Source: a virus
Reading direction: 5' to 3' (one strand)
DNA: 64,000 bases
Virus record (IMG/VR): IMGVR_UViG_3300019889_000011
Shown: positions 27,250-37,662 of the stretch, in pieces
Numbering within the stretch: the stretch's first letter is position 1
Layout: each line of letters begins with the position of its first letter
Made by a program: the position numbers and the translations under genes
Notes under the pieces: generated by a model
Told to the model about the DNA's origin: nothing
Database searches by the model: none
The model's input: only the letters and a program-made list of their open reading frames with translations

Positions 27250-27662
27250 GTCCCAATCCTAAATTCGTCTTTCTTTGCTTGTCCGGCGACCTTTTGCGCC
27301 GAAAGGTCAATATTTAGTGCAGCAGCAGTGCTCTCCATCGCTGCGACTCGACCATCCATTTCGGCTATCTTGTCGTTGATCACGGTTTCCACGGTGGCTG
27401 CAATGGTGGTGGGGTCTTCGCCCGTGGACACATTCACCCACTCCCCTGTGCCATAGTCATCCATCAGTAGGATTTTGATGTATCTTTCACCGGGATAAAT
27501 CTGTTTGCGTACAACTTCTGTCATAACTTTAGCTCCCTGTTGGCATCTGGATTGTGCCCACAATGACATAAGCGTCGTTGAGTGCTTGAGTGAGAATGGT
27601 GAACCAACTGTAAGAGCCGAAGTCCAATGTGTTGACCACGACAGTAACGTTTTTGATGTCAA
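27246..27662 (-). CDS. Small hypothetical protein downstream of tail fiber (start uncertain)
   Basis: ORF only. Confidence 0.3.
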   Translation of the reverse strand: MTSKTLLSWSTHWTSALTVGSPFSLKHSTTLMSLWAQSRCQQGAKVMTEVVRKQIYPGERYIKILLMDDYGTGEWVNVSTGEDPTTIAATVETVINDKIAEMDGRVAAMESTAAALNIDLSAQKVAGQAKKDEFRIGT

Positions 27663-29892
27663 GCACGGATGAGGCAGGTACGTTCAGGATGGTTCCGGCT
27701 GAGAACATCCGCGTGCTGGCTCCCTGCCAAAATGTCCAATCTGTTCCCTCACCACCGGGGCCAAAAATCTCTAGTTCATACACGCCTGGAGCGCCATCAG
27801 GCCCGGGTGTATAGGTTCCCGTCTGGATGTGCGCGTTATTTGCTGTGTTCCTCGCAACGTTCGGGAGCAGGTCGGTCGAGCCAATATTACCGGCTGTGAC
27901 CACCGATGAGGACGTGATGCTCACGGTGTAGAGATCGATCTCAAGCCAAGCAGACACTGCACCGTTGGCACGTGCGGAGCGAATCCTGACGTCGTATTGG
28001 TCTCCGGCCACGATGTCGTTGATAAACGCGAAGTTCAGCAAAACGTCGACAGGAACGGCGCTGATCCATTGAGCGTCGCCGGATTTGCGGTATTGAATCT
28101 GAATCTGTTTGGTGAGAATGTCGAGTGGCGTATCCCACTCCACCCGAATGCGCGGCAGCACAGTGCCGTCGGGCTGAATCACTGCCGTCGACGCGCCGGA
28201 CGTCAGGCTCATGTTGGTCGGTGGCGCTGGCGTCAGTGTGGTCTGCGGAGCTGCTGGCACGTCGTAGACTGTCAACTCCTCGACGACGCTCCAGTCGTAG
28301 ATACTCGCCTGCGTCTCCTGAACGTCGAACGACAGCTGAAGACTCGGCGGCTCGTCTTCTCCGCTGCCTTCTTCGAGACTGAGAGTCGGCTTCACGACCT
28401 CTAGCACCTTGTTGGTCCAGCCAAGCTCAGGAAACGTCATCTGGAAGACGTCGGCTTCCTGCATGCCCCACGCCGCCAGATTCATATGCAGCGACCCTGA
28501 TCCCTGCGCGCGATTGCGCAAGAGAGTGATCTTCGCTACCCGTTGTGCCTGCGTAATGGACAGCACGCAACTATGGGAGAGGTCGAACGGTCGCTCGATC
28601 CCCAAGTCCTCGGTGAGGTACTGGTCCGCAGCGTAGCCGTGACGAACGTCAGCAGCGTACTGCGGATAGCTCGCGGGCTGGAAGCCGAACGGGAAGGTGT
28701 TCGCCATCGTGCCGTCGTAGTAGCCGTTCGAGTCGTAGAGGTTGCCGACCGTGTTGTAGGGATAGCTCGCGGCGATATACGTTCCGCTGACCCGGTTGAT
28801 GAGGTCACGCGCGGAGCGGTTTGGATTCCATTGCACAGGTCCGGTCAGAGCACGCTTGTCGAAGACATACGACGGACCTTGCCAGTATGCGGGCCAGATG
28901 TACCACTCGCCTCCGATGTAGCTCAATCGTCCGGCAGCGGCTGGCATCATGGTACTGAGCTGGTCACCCGGAGCGACACCTGAATCAAACGCCCAGTTGC
29001 AGGTGTAGCGCGACTCCGTTCCACCGATGCCGATTGGCACCTGCTCATCGCAGACGTTGGCCGCCGCGATCAGCTGCGCGACGTTGACGCCGCCCAAGTC
29101 GCCTAAGCCGAAGAGTGAGTTCTCTAAAACATCCGCGACGCACAGCGCCCAATTGTTCGTAAACTTCCGTGTTCCGGTGCGTGGATCGAGAATGTCGTTC
29201 TTGCCGCGCACAGTGAACTGGATCTCCGGCTCGCCGGGAAACAGGTTGGTATCGTACTGGACCTTCAGATAGACATACGTGCAGCCGCCAAGGTAGGGAG
29301 AACGGCCTCCAGAGGCAGACCAGATTGGATCGTTCGCGGTGAGACCGCCAATGACGTCACCGACCGCCTGATCGCCCCAGCGAGCCTCGCAGTAGACCTT
29401 GCCGCCAAAGTTATAGGTGTTGCCGCCCGGCCCGGTGTGGCTATTGTTGTCCGGGTTGCCGCCGAAGCCGACACCGTTGCGAACGGTCCAGCCCACTCCC
29501 GAGCCTTGGAAGTAGACCTTACGTCCATCGAGATACAGGCCGACGATGCTATCGCAGACGTGTCCCGCGAGGACGATGACATAGTTGAACTGGTCGTGGT
29601 GGCTGCCGGTCGTCGAGCGGTAGACTTCGACCCCGCCGACACGACGCTCTCCATAGATGATCTGCCGGTAGGCCGCTGACTGGCGCGTGGAGATGGTCAT
29701 TCCACGGTTGGCCGTCAACGCCTGTCCGATGGCGGCTGTTTCGAGGCCGATGCCGCCGATGACCATTGCGGACCACAACTTCAGGAACATTGGCGAAGCA
29801 AGCAGCGCCGGGTTGTAGAAGGCGAGAACGCCCATCCCAACCGCCGCGCCGAGCATAGCTGCGCCTTCGATAGCCTTGCTCATATCGCCCAA
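27529..29892 (-). CDS. Tail host-specificity / central fiber protein (lambda J / GTA g15-like)
   Basis: 787-aa protein, the last large gene of the tail module. Gly-rich beta-rich N-terminal region and FN3-like C-terminal segments. It follows an NlpC/P60-like gene as in GTA-type clusters. Confidence 0.6.
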   Translation of the reverse strand: MGDMSKAIEGAAMLGAAVGMGVLAFYNPALLASPMFLKLWSAMVIGGIGLETAAIGQALTANRGMTISTRQSAAYRQIIYGERRVGGVEVYRSTTGSHHDQFNYVIVLAGHVCDSIVGLYLDGRKVYFQGSGVGWTVRNGVGFGGNPDNNSHTGPGGNTYNFGGKVYCEARWGDQAVGDVIGGLTANDPIWSASGGRSPYLGGCTYVYLKVQYDTNLFPGEPEIQFTVRGKNDILDPRTGTRKFTNNWALCVADVLENSLFGLGDLGGVNVAQLIAAANVCDEQVPIGIGGTESRYTCNWAFDSGVAPGDQLSTMMPAAAGRLSYIGGEWYIWPAYWQGPSYVFDKRALTGPVQWNPNRSARDLINRVSGTYIAASYPYNTVGNLYDSNGYYDGTMANTFPFGFQPASYPQYAADVRHGYAADQYLTEDLGIERPFDLSHSCVLSITQAQRVAKITLLRNRAQGSGSLHMNLAAWGMQEADVFQMTFPELGWTNKVLEVVKPTLSLEEGSGEDEPPSLQLSFDVQETQASIYDWSVVEELTVYDVPAAPQTTLTPAPPTNMSLTSGASTAVIQPDGTVLPRIRVEWDTPLDILTKQIQIQYRKSGDAQWISAVPVDVLLNFAFINDIVAGDQYDVRIRSARANGAVSAWLEIDLYTVSITSSSVVTAGNIGSTDLLPNVARNTANNAHIQTGTYTPGPDGAPGVYELEIFGPGGEGTDWTFWQGASTRMFSAGTILNVPASSVLDIKNVTVVVNTLDFGSYSWFTILTQALNDAYVIVGTIQMPTGS

Positions 29893-30314
29893 GCCCTCTT
29901 GATTGCAGTAAGCGGCACGCGCTTCAATCCACCTTCACCGACGACGACGACGTGACGTCCGCTCAGGTGCACCACTCCGGCGATCAGCCGCGAGTCGTCT
30001 TCGACAACGACAAGGTCGCCACGCTTCGCCATCAGGGGAAATTCATGCTCGACCAGACCGTGCTTCGCGGCGCAGTAGCTTGCAGCGTCGGCAACCGTCG
30101 TTCCACCAGTCAGCGATGCGATCAGCGCAAAGGCCTTTTTTTCGGTGGTGTACTTGCCCCGGAAGTCTTCAGCGATGTCAACGCCGGTAATCGCCTCGAC
30201 CGCGTCCGCTGCGAACAGGGCGCAATCATTGGTGCCCCATGCGAACTCCATCGTGACGCGCGCGAGCAGGAAGTCGTCGAAGTGCTGTGTGTCCCAGTGG
30301 TCTTTACGCTGCAT
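29880..30314 (-). CDS. NlpC/P60-like tail-associated peptidase (GTA g14-like)
   Basis: About 144 aa with WGTNDCALFAADAVE (candidate catalytic Cys). Its position between the g13-like and J-like genes fits the GTA layout. Confidence 0.45.
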   Translation of the reverse strand: MQRKDHWDTQHFDDFLLARVTMEFAWGTNDCALFAADAVEAITGVDIAEDFRGKYTTEKKAFALIASLTGGTTVADAASYCAAKHGLVEHEFPLMAKRGDLVVVEDDSRLIAGVVHLSGRHVVVVGEGGLKRVPLTAIKRAWAI

Positions 30315-30317
30315 CGA

Positions 30318-30875
30318 TTACATCCCCCATCGCAGAGCCTGTGCGCTGAGTGCTTCAACCCAGTCGAAGCCGGAGTCATTTGGATGAGCGAGGTTCTGTT
30401 CGCCGGATGTGTAGCGCTTCTGCTGTGCCCGCTGAAGATCGAACATGCGCGTCTCTAGCGCCAAGGTGATGCTCACTTTATCTTTGTCGACGCTGATCGA
30501 CGGTTGATCGACGGTGCCGCGAAATATCCGGTATGGAGCGCCGACCATCGTGTTCGGAATCACTACAGCGCCGAACCATATCTGCGCCTGCGCACCGATC
30601 TGAATGTCGGTCATCGATTCCCCGAGATAGATCAGGTCGATGCCGCTCAGAGTGACAGAGGTCCCATTGGCTGTGACGTCCATCCCTCCGCTGATCGAGC
30701 CGATGCTCCCGAGCGTGCCAACGCCAAGAAACGTGTTGCCATTCCAGACCAGCGGACCGGCACCGCTCCACACGTAGCGAGTACCGGATTTGAACGTGAG
30801 GCTGACCAGCACGACGGGGCAGATTTGCGGCTTGGCCAACTCTGCGAGGAGCGTGACATTGACATTCCTGCTCAT
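30318..30875 (-). CDS. Tail hub-like protein (GTA g13 / DUF2163-like)
   Basis: Assigned by size and synteny in a GTA-like tail module; weak motif support. Confidence 0.35.
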   Translation of the reverse strand: MSRNVNVTLLAELAKPQICPVVLVSLTFKSGTRYVWSGAGPLVWNGNTFLGVGTLGSIGSISGGMDVTANGTSVTLSGIDLIYLGESMTDIQIGAQAQIWFGAVVIPNTMVGAPYRIFRGTVDQPSISVDKDKVSITLALETRMFDLQRAQQKRYTSGEQNLAHPNDSGFDWVEALSAQALRWGM

Positions 30876-31513
30876 CGATACTCCTGAATCTGAAAGGAAA
30901 TGCTGGAGTAGCGGGTCACGTCGGTCGACCATGTGCGCTTATTCGAAGCCAGACGGAAGAGACCCTTGGGAGAGTTGAGGATGATGGCCTGTCCGTCGGC
31001 GGGAGCCTCACGAAGCGATGGCCAGATGGCAATCGATGCCTTGCCAGCACCGTCGGAGTTGACGCGGTTGACGACCCGATGGAAGCGATAGCCGACCTGT
31101 ATGTAGTCGCCATCCATCAGCAGACCCCATGCATTGGCTGGCCAGCCGCGCGAGAGCAGAGCCTGCGCGCCAGTGACGTTTCCAGCGGTATCGACGACAG
31201 GGATGCCTTTGCCGCTTCCTCTCGGCGTTGGCTTCAGTGGGTCGCCAAGCTGAAACGGGTTCAACATGCCGCGCAGCTCCATCAGGAAGGCGATCCATCG
31301 GTCGGCCTGCGTCTGCGTCAATGGAGGTAGCGTCAGCGTCCCGGTCCACTGATCTGCACCGACCCACTGCTGAGCCTGCACCTGTCCAGTGAAGATCGAC
31401 GTCACGATTGCCACAGAGTCGGTAAACGAGAACTCGACCGAGCGCAGTCCCGGCGCACTTGGAAAAGAGACAAGGGACACGGCATTGCCGTTGAGTGTGA
31501 TTGGAGTTATCAA
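30872..31513 (-). CDS. Distal tail protein-like (GTA g12 / DUF2460-like)
   Basis: 213 aa. Synteny and general resemblance to phage-conserved TIGR02217-type proteins. Confidence 0.4.
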   Translation of the reverse strand: MITPITLNGNAVSLVSFPSAPGLRSVEFSFTDSVAIVTSIFTGQVQAQQWVGADQWTGTLTLPPLTQTQADRWIAFLMELRGMLNPFQLGDPLKPTPRGSGKGIPVVDTAGNVTGAQALLSRGWPANAWGLLMDGDYIQVGYRFHRVVNRVNSDGAGKASIAIWPSLREAPADGQAIILNSPKGLFRLASNKRTWSTDVTRYSSISFQIQEYR

Positions 31514-31561
31514 GGGAGTTTGTAGACCTATGGGGAAAGACAGCTTGTGGTAGATGGCTGA

Positions 31562-33718
31562 CTACATTTGCGCCAAGAGTCCAGCCTTTATGCACGGCGC
31601 AAGCATTTTGTTTGACCCGGTAGCTGTTGGGTGAACCGTATCAGCGAGAAGAGTTGTCGAGGTTAGCGAATTGACGCCGCTCACTAAAGACAAGTCCACC
31701 ACCGCCACGGCATATGACGCACACACAGCTTTGATAGCTGTAACCACGATGGGGTAATTCGTAACGGACAATCCTGCACTCTTATAGGGAATGACCCACA
31801 CGAGCCTTATAGACGGCTTCGCTTTCAGGAAACCCTCCACCGCTGCCCTGAGGTATCCGTAATAGGTTGTTGCCGTCGCCGCATCGGTGATAGCGCCAAG
31901 GTTAGACAGCAGCGTCGTATCGTTCGTTCCGAGGAAAACTGTCACGATATCGACGTTCGCGAGGACCTGAGCGAGCGTCTGTCCAGCGGTTGGCCAAGGT
32001 CCGGGCGAATTGATCTGCACGGCACCCACGGCAACGCTTCCATCCCCGGCAGCCTGCGGGAGAGTCGTGTTTATAATCCCGCCTGTCGATAGACCGTTGA
32101 CGGGATCGCCGGTCGCGATGGGGCTGCCCGACACCTGAAACATCTCGAAAATCTGATCGGCCCGTCGACCACCCCGAGCGTCTTGCGAGGGGATAGTCAC
32201 ACCAGTTGCCGCAACGATATTGGCCTGATAGAGACCGGACATCTTCGCCGTGATCGAGTCGCCCCACGGCATCCAATTTTTGCCCACGAGAGGCTTCGTA
32301 ACGGACGAGAGCTGATCGGACGTGACGTAGCCGAATGCCTTGAAGCTGGCCGGAAGAGTCGAGCCGTTCACGAGCATCACGGTCGATGGGACATACCACT
32401 GAGGACGGCCTGACGCAGACGCGGTTGCTATCCAGAAGCGAAACCACACCGCTCCGGCGGGTACAGGGATCGGCGTACCCGCCGCGACAGGAGCATCGAT
32501 CGTTGCAAGCGGCGTCTTGTCGAGATTGTAAAAAATAGGTTTCGCACTAGTCGGAACCACGTCAACGATGATGTTGGACGTGATGAACGAAAGCCCCATC
32601 ACGTTGATATAAGCGGACGTCGAAAACGCCGGAGCAGCCGGGACAAGCTGGTCGCCTAGATTGAGGTAGCCCAACTGAATCGCTGTGAAATCGAATAGGT
32701 TGATAACGCTCGGGCTCAAAGCATCGAGAAGGGCGACAGCCGCATTCAGCGTGGCAGATTGTGAGATCGCAACCGACGAATTGAGAATGGTCGTATTGAC
32801 ATATCCGAACGCCTGATACGAAGAGGGCAAGGTTCCATAAGCCATCATCGCAGTGTTGACATCGACCAATGGCGTTATTCCAGACGCCGAGGTGACCGGC
32901 ATATAGAAACGCAACCAACCGGCTCCAGCCGGGATAGGGATAAGGGTGTTGGCCGGAGTGCTCGTGGTCGAATAGCAGTTGAGAAATGTTTGATCGCCAT
33001 TGTAGAAGCACAGACCAAAACCGGGTGCGCCCGTGCTGCCGTAAGCGATGATGTTGAGAATGATGTTGGCAATGCCCCCAACAGGGATGAACGCTGAGGT
33101 CTGAAAACCAGTCAACGCGCTTTGGACGGTTCCATCGGCCCTCAGTGCCCCGGTAACGGTTTTGCTTTTATCGAAGAGGTTGATTCCGTTCGGCGATATA
33201 GCCGCGACAGCCTTCGATGTAATCAACCCCAATGTGGCCACGGAGACATCTCCCGGAACACCTTTTAGAGACGCAATCCATTGCGCCTGTGTGCCGACGA
33301 AGCCGCCAGCAACCGCGATGGCGTATGCTGAGTCCCCTTGCGGCCCGTACTGCGTGAGCGCAAGAGATGCGAGGTTCGGGCTGTAGGTGTCGAAGTTCCA
33401 CGTGGTCCCTGATGGCTGCACACACCCGTACCCTGCGCCAAGAAGACTCTTACCGGTGACATTGTCGGTGACGGCGACGGAATAGCCGACGTTGATAGGA
33501 GTGGTCAACGTGGTATCGGCTAGCTGGATGGTGAACGCACCATTGACGACCGGCGCTGTAACCGGCATTGACATGACCTGACCGCCGCCACCAGCCTTGA
33601 ACGAGATCGGCCAACCCGCGTTGTTGACCGGGTAGAAGCTGATCGTCGCGTTCGCAACCAAAGCGCCGGACGGGTCCTTTAGAGCGGACGCAGAAACTTG
33701 AGTGAATCCAACTGGCAT
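31562..33718 (-). CDS. Tail spike/fiber with C-terminal SGNH (GDSL) hydrolase domain
   Basis: C-terminal WMPWGDSITAKM (GDS block I), later GTND and DTVHPT (DxxH). The N-terminal two-thirds contains an internal duplication (FGYVNT / FGYVTS modules). Confidence 0.6.
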   Translation of the reverse strand: MPVGFTQVSASALKDPSGALVANATISFYPVNNAGWPISFKAGGGGQVMSMPVTAPVVNGAFTIQLADTTLTTPINVGYSVAVTDNVTGKSLLGAGYGCVQPSGTTWNFDTYSPNLASLALTQYGPQGDSAYAIAVAGGFVGTQAQWIASLKGVPGDVSVATLGLITSKAVAAISPNGINLFDKSKTVTGALRADGTVQSALTGFQTSAFIPVGGIANIILNIIAYGSTGAPGFGLCFYNGDQTFLNCYSTTSTPANTLIPIPAGAGWLRFYMPVTSASGITPLVDVNTAMMAYGTLPSSYQAFGYVNTTILNSSVAISQSATLNAAVALLDALSPSVINLFDFTAIQLGYLNLGDQLVPAAPAFSTSAYINVMGLSFITSNIIVDVVPTSAKPIFYNLDKTPLATIDAPVAAGTPIPVPAGAVWFRFWIATASASGRPQWYVPSTVMLVNGSTLPASFKAFGYVTSDQLSSVTKPLVGKNWMPWGDSITAKMSGLYQANIVAATGVTIPSQDARGGRRADQIFEMFQVSGSPIATGDPVNGLSTGGIINTTLPQAAGDGSVAVGAVQINSPGPWPTAGQTLAQVLANVDIVTVFLGTNDTTLLSNLGAITDAATATTYYGYLRAAVEGFLKAKPSIRLVWVIPYKSAGLSVTNYPIVVTAIKAVCASYAVAVVDLSLVSGVNSLTSTTLLADTVHPTATGSNKMLAPCIKAGLLAQM

Positions 33719-33755
33719 AAGGCGCTCCCTTTGTGTGTGTAGTTACTGTGTTTGG

Positions 33756-36700
33756 TTAGCTGCGCATGGTCAGAGGCGATCTGCGCTTGCGCTCAAAGAC
33801 TGCTGCGGCTCCACCCGCCGCGATGCCGGGTGCCGCTAAGCGGATGCCGCGCTGCACTGCGGCCTCCATCGCTGCCGGGTCATTCGCACCCCGAGCGTCC
33901 ACATGAATGTGGGTGTCGCCAATGGATGAGGAACTGCCGCCGAGTTTGTTATTCGGGATGATCGAGCCGCGCGCGCCGCTCATGAACATCTCGGGTCCGC
34001 GTTCGCCGACCATATAAGCGCTGCCGGGCGAGACCGGCCCACCAGTAGCAAGGCCCGGAAGAAACACGCCAAGGAGAGAACCTAGAATATCGCTGGACCC
34101 AATGCCCGCTGCACCCGTTATAGCGCTCACGGCTTTATCGGTGTCTGCCTGCTTCACCCAGAAAGGATTTGACTGAGAGCCGTCCGGCGCAGTGCCGCCG
34201 ATGTTGATGCCGAGTGCGCCTCCGACCGCACTCAGGCCAGCCTGAAGGCCCTTCTGAACCGTTGACCTCACCATCTGCTTGCCAACATCCGCAAACATTT
34301 TGCCGAAGTCTGCGTTACCTCCGGTCACCAGTTCGGTGATGCTGTCACCGACCTTTTGGAACGCATTGTGCAGCGCTTCATAGACGATCAGGCCGGTCGA
34401 AATGGCCGACCGCTGCATATCGAGGAAGAACGCTGTCACGCCATCTGTGGCGCGTCCGCTGATCAGAAGGAGCTTGATGGTTTCATCGGTCTGCTGGTTG
34501 AGGATTTCCTGATTCTTGGCGACAACTTGAAGGTTCTCTGCATAGGTAAGCGTCCCGCCATTCAGGGTTCGCATTGCTTCTGCCGCCGCCTTCAATCTGT
34601 CCTTCGGCTCCTGAGCCTTATCCGCCGGGGACCGCAGTTCACGTGCGTCCTGTAATGCTCTCTGTAGTTTGTCCTCAGCAGAACTGTCGATCATGGCCTG
34701 CCGCTGCTTCAACAACGCTTCCCGTAGTTCAGTCACCTTCGTTGTTGCAATCTGTGTGTCGATGGCATACAACTTCGCGCTGAGCGCTGCATCGTCCTGA
34801 GCGTCAACCGATTTGAGTGTGGCATCTGTAATGAGGCGACGCGCTGCAAGGTCATACCCCATGCTGATGACGTTGTCATTGATGGTCTTCTCCTCCTTCG
34901 CCACCGACTCGGAGAAGATGTCCTGCGAACGAGTGAGGATCTGCGCGAGGGTTCCGCCCTTCGTGCGAAGCTCGTTCCACGCCTGCTGGATTGCGTTCTG
35001 ACGCATGACCGCATCTGCGCCCTGATTGGTCGCCTGCGTCATCATGTTGGTCTGGCTGATGCTGAGTGCTGTGGCGCGGGCAGAGTTTTGGATTAGATCA
35101 CCCAGAGCTTTCTGCGCACCGTCCTCTGAAATCGTGCTCTCTGTCGAGCGAATCAGCGCCTGTGTTTTCTGGTCGACGAGTGAGGCATAGTCCTTTGTTT
35201 TCGCGCCGGTCTGCTTGGCTATCTCCTGGCCAAGCTTCATGATCTCGTTGTTGGCCTTGTTCGCGGCAGTCACCTTGCGCTGCGCCTGCTCCTCCAGACC
35301 CGCAGCTGCCAGCGTCTGCTTCGATTCGCTTAGCCGCTCCTGTAGGTCTGCAAGGAACTTGTTTCTCGGGTCTTCCTTCTCCGTGCCAAGGCCAGAAGTA
35401 TCTGGACCAGCATCACCCTTCGGTGGAGGTGGTCCATGCGGCGGCGGCGGTGGTGCAGGAGTATCTTTCGCTATACGTTGCTTCTTTGCCTCGTCGAGTG
35501 CCTTGACCGCCCACTGCGGCGTCAACTTCCCGAGCACGCTCTGTATCCACTCGAACGCCGAGCTGAAGACGCTGGAGATGACCTTCGTGACCGCGTTGTC
35601 AGCGAAGAACCCTATCAGGCCGGTCCATAGCGACTTGATCATTCCGATGAACGCATTGAATTGTTTGCCGATCCCTGTCAGCGCCCAGCCCATTGCGATC
35701 CAAGCGGCATTCCATGTGTCGCGCAGCTTGTAGGTGGAGTCTCCGATGGAGAACGTCGAGTCGCGGAACTTATAGAGCACCAGTGCCAGTCCAGCGATTG
35801 CCGCAATAGCGATGGTGGCAGGGGCAGTGAGGACCGCCACTGCACCGCCCAAGACATAGCTCGCAGCTGCCGCGATACCTTCGCTCTGTGCCAGCAGCAG
35901 GACGAACTTCGATGAGTAGGAGATCCAAGCTGCGAAGGTCGAGAGTTGTGGAACGACTTTCCCGAGACCGGCGAAGCCTAACATCATCTTCGTGATGCCC
36001 TCGCCGATCTTGCCGATACTGCCGGATGTTGCGAGGTCCCCGATAATCGGAATGGCGATCTTGGCCACCTGTATCCCAGCCAGCGACGCAAGCGCAATCT
36101 TCAACAGGCCGATATGTGTGACGGCGAACTCGATGCTATCGCCGAGCACTTGGATTGCCCGCGTGACGCCTGCACCGAACGACTTTGCAAGGTCGGGGAT
36201 GTTGGCATTTCTCGCAATCTCGACGAGCCTCTCCAGGAGGCCATCAAGGGCCGGGAGGACTGCGCCAAGCAGCGAGTACCCGATCCCCTTGAGCATCAGG
36301 TTCAGCCTGTCGAGGTTGTCGTGCGCCTTCTCCGCGAGGTCAGTGGTCGACGTCCCCAGCACTAGCCCGAAGCGATGCGCCTCTTCAGTCACCTTCGCCT
36401 GCTCCTCACCGAGCTGGTTGAGAAGAGGAATGAGGGACGCGGCTCCCTTGCCGAAGAGTTGAACGACGAGTGCGGTCTTGCCGCCGGAGGTCGACATCTT
36501 CGAGAACTTTGCTGCCAACTCCTCCATGAGGAGGCCGGAGTCTTTGATCCTTCCGTTCGCGCCGATGGCACTGACGCCGACACGTTCGAAGATGCGCTGA
36601 AGGGCCACGTTGCCGTTCTGCGCCTTGAACGCTGACGCGCTCAGCTTGACCAGTCCCTTGCCCAACTCCTCCGTGCTGACGTTGCTGAGGCCAGCGGCAT

Positions 36701-36974
36701 AGCTGAGGACCGAAAGCGTCTCTGCCGTTGTACCGGCAGATGCAGCCATTTTGCCAAGCTCGTCCGCAGCGTCGATGGCGCTCTTGATGGTTGCTGTGGT
36801 CGCAGTCGCAATAGCGCCAGCCATTGCCACGCCGACCAGTGTGATCTTCTCCAGCGACCGTTTGATATCGTTCGCGGTCTTCGCGGACAGACTGCTCATC
36901 TTGTCCATCGACTTAGAAAACGAGGCTGTATTAGCCTTCAGATCGATGGTGAGAACACCGACAACGACGCTCAC
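33756..36974 (-). CDS. Tail tape measure protein
   Basis: 1072 aa, largely alpha-helical and Ala/Gly-rich with a central hydrophobic segment and a proline tract PPPPPHGPPPPKG. It lies downstream of the chaperone pair. Confidence 0.85.
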   Translation of the reverse strand: MSVVVGVLTIDLKANTASFSKSMDKMSSLSAKTANDIKRSLEKITLVGVAMAGAIATATTATIKSAIDAADELGKMAASAGTTAETLSVLSYAAGLSNVSTEELGKGLVKLSASAFKAQNGNVALQRIFERVGVSAIGANGRIKDSGLLMEELAAKFSKMSTSGGKTALVVQLFGKGAASLIPLLNQLGEEQAKVTEEAHRFGLVLGTSTTDLAEKAHDNLDRLNLMLKGIGYSLLGAVLPALDGLLERLVEIARNANIPDLAKSFGAGVTRAIQVLGDSIEFAVTHIGLLKIALASLAGIQVAKIAIPIIGDLATSGSIGKIGEGITKMMLGFAGLGKVVPQLSTFAAWISYSSKFVLLLAQSEGIAAAASYVLGGAVAVLTAPATIAIAAIAGLALVLYKFRDSTFSIGDSTYKLRDTWNAAWIAMGWALTGIGKQFNAFIGMIKSLWTGLIGFFADNAVTKVISSVFSSAFEWIQSVLGKLTPQWAVKALDEAKKQRIAKDTPAPPPPPHGPPPPKGDAGPDTSGLGTEKEDPRNKFLADLQERLSESKQTLAAAGLEEQAQRKVTAANKANNEIMKLGQEIAKQTGAKTKDYASLVDQKTQALIRSTESTISEDGAQKALGDLIQNSARATALSISQTNMMTQATNQGADAVMRQNAIQQAWNELRTKGGTLAQILTRSQDIFSESVAKEEKTINDNVISMGYDLAARRLITDATLKSVDAQDDAALSAKLYAIDTQIATTKVTELREALLKQRQAMIDSSAEDKLQRALQDARELRSPADKAQEPKDRLKAAAEAMRTLNGGTLTYAENLQVVAKNQEILNQQTDETIKLLLISGRATDGVTAFFLDMQRSAISTGLIVYEALHNAFQKVGDSITELVTGGNADFGKMFADVGKQMVRSTVQKGLQAGLSAVGGALGINIGGTAPDGSQSNPFWVKQADTDKAVSAITGAAGIGSSDILGSLLGVFLPGLATGGPVSPGSAYMVGERGPEMFMSGARGSIIPNNKLGGSSSSIGDTHIHVDARGANDPAAMEAAVQRGIRLAAPGIAAGGAAAVFERKRRSPLTMRS

Positions 36975-37222
36975 GTTGTAGCCTCGCGACTCTTGGGAAC
37001 ATGCATAAATGCGGCCATAATGTCCTCGCCAGTGACTTGCCTGTCTGGTTCGGCAGGAAAGGGGTGCAACATGAAAAGCTCAGGCGCCAGCGGCTCCTTC
37101 GGTTTACAGAAGGAGAAGTTTGCCGAGGTTGAAGAGATGATGCCGACGAGTAGCTCCTCGCGCTGGAGCTGTTCGATCTGACGCTTGCGCAATTCATGCA
37201 ACATGCGCGGCGTTATCTCCAA
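36971..37222 (-). CDS. Tail assembly chaperone T-like ORF (possible frameshift product)
   Basis: Short ORF in a different frame directly after the G-like chaperone gene and before the tape measure. Confidence 0.35.
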   Translation of the reverse strand: MEITPRMLHELRKRQIEQLQREELLVGIISSTSANFSFCKPKEPLAPELFMLHPFPAEPDRQVTGEDIMAAFMHVPKSREATT

Positions 37223-37293
37223 CCAGTCGTCGTCGGTGAGGCGCAGTTCGTATCGTGCGATGGACCATGCTTCAGTCCATGTGAGAGGCGGCC

Positions 37294-37647
37294 TTAGTTG
37301 ACCGCCTTCGTAGGGTCTTTATCTTCCGCCACTTCTGGCATCGATGCGGCCCACGCCTTGAGCAGACCTTCCTGCACCAAGACGATGTTCTGCGGAGTGA
37401 TGAGGTCGCCAACCTCTTCGAGCGTGTAGACGGCACCCGCACGCCGAAGGCACAGATACAGCAAGGCTCGGACCAGCTTGGCCGAGGGGCGCATCAGGTT
37501 TGCTTCGCCCGTCAGCACGTTCAGGCCGGTCAGTTCCTCGCAGTCGATGAGAATGTTGTGGGTGACAACGAGCGGCCAGTCTCTCTCGTCGAGTCGTATC
37601 TGTACCTTCTGGATCAGTCGGTCGGCGATGTTCTTGCGTGGCGCCAT
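37294..37647 (-). CDS. Tail assembly chaperone (gpG-like)
   Basis: About 117-aa acidic protein between the major tail protein and the tape measure. Confidence 0.5.
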   Translation of the reverse strand: MAPRKNIADRLIQKVQIRLDERDWPLVVTHNILIDCEELTGLNVLTGEANLMRPSAKLVRALLYLCLRRAGAVYTLEEVGDLITPQNIVLVQEGLLKAWAASMPEVAEDKDPTKAVN

Positions 37648-37662
37648 AAGCTACTCTCCTGT

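Noticed and set aside
30478-30887. Arg-rich ORFs on both strands within the g13-like gene
   Set aside because: Shadow frames; composition dominated by R/D/H from GC-rich codons.
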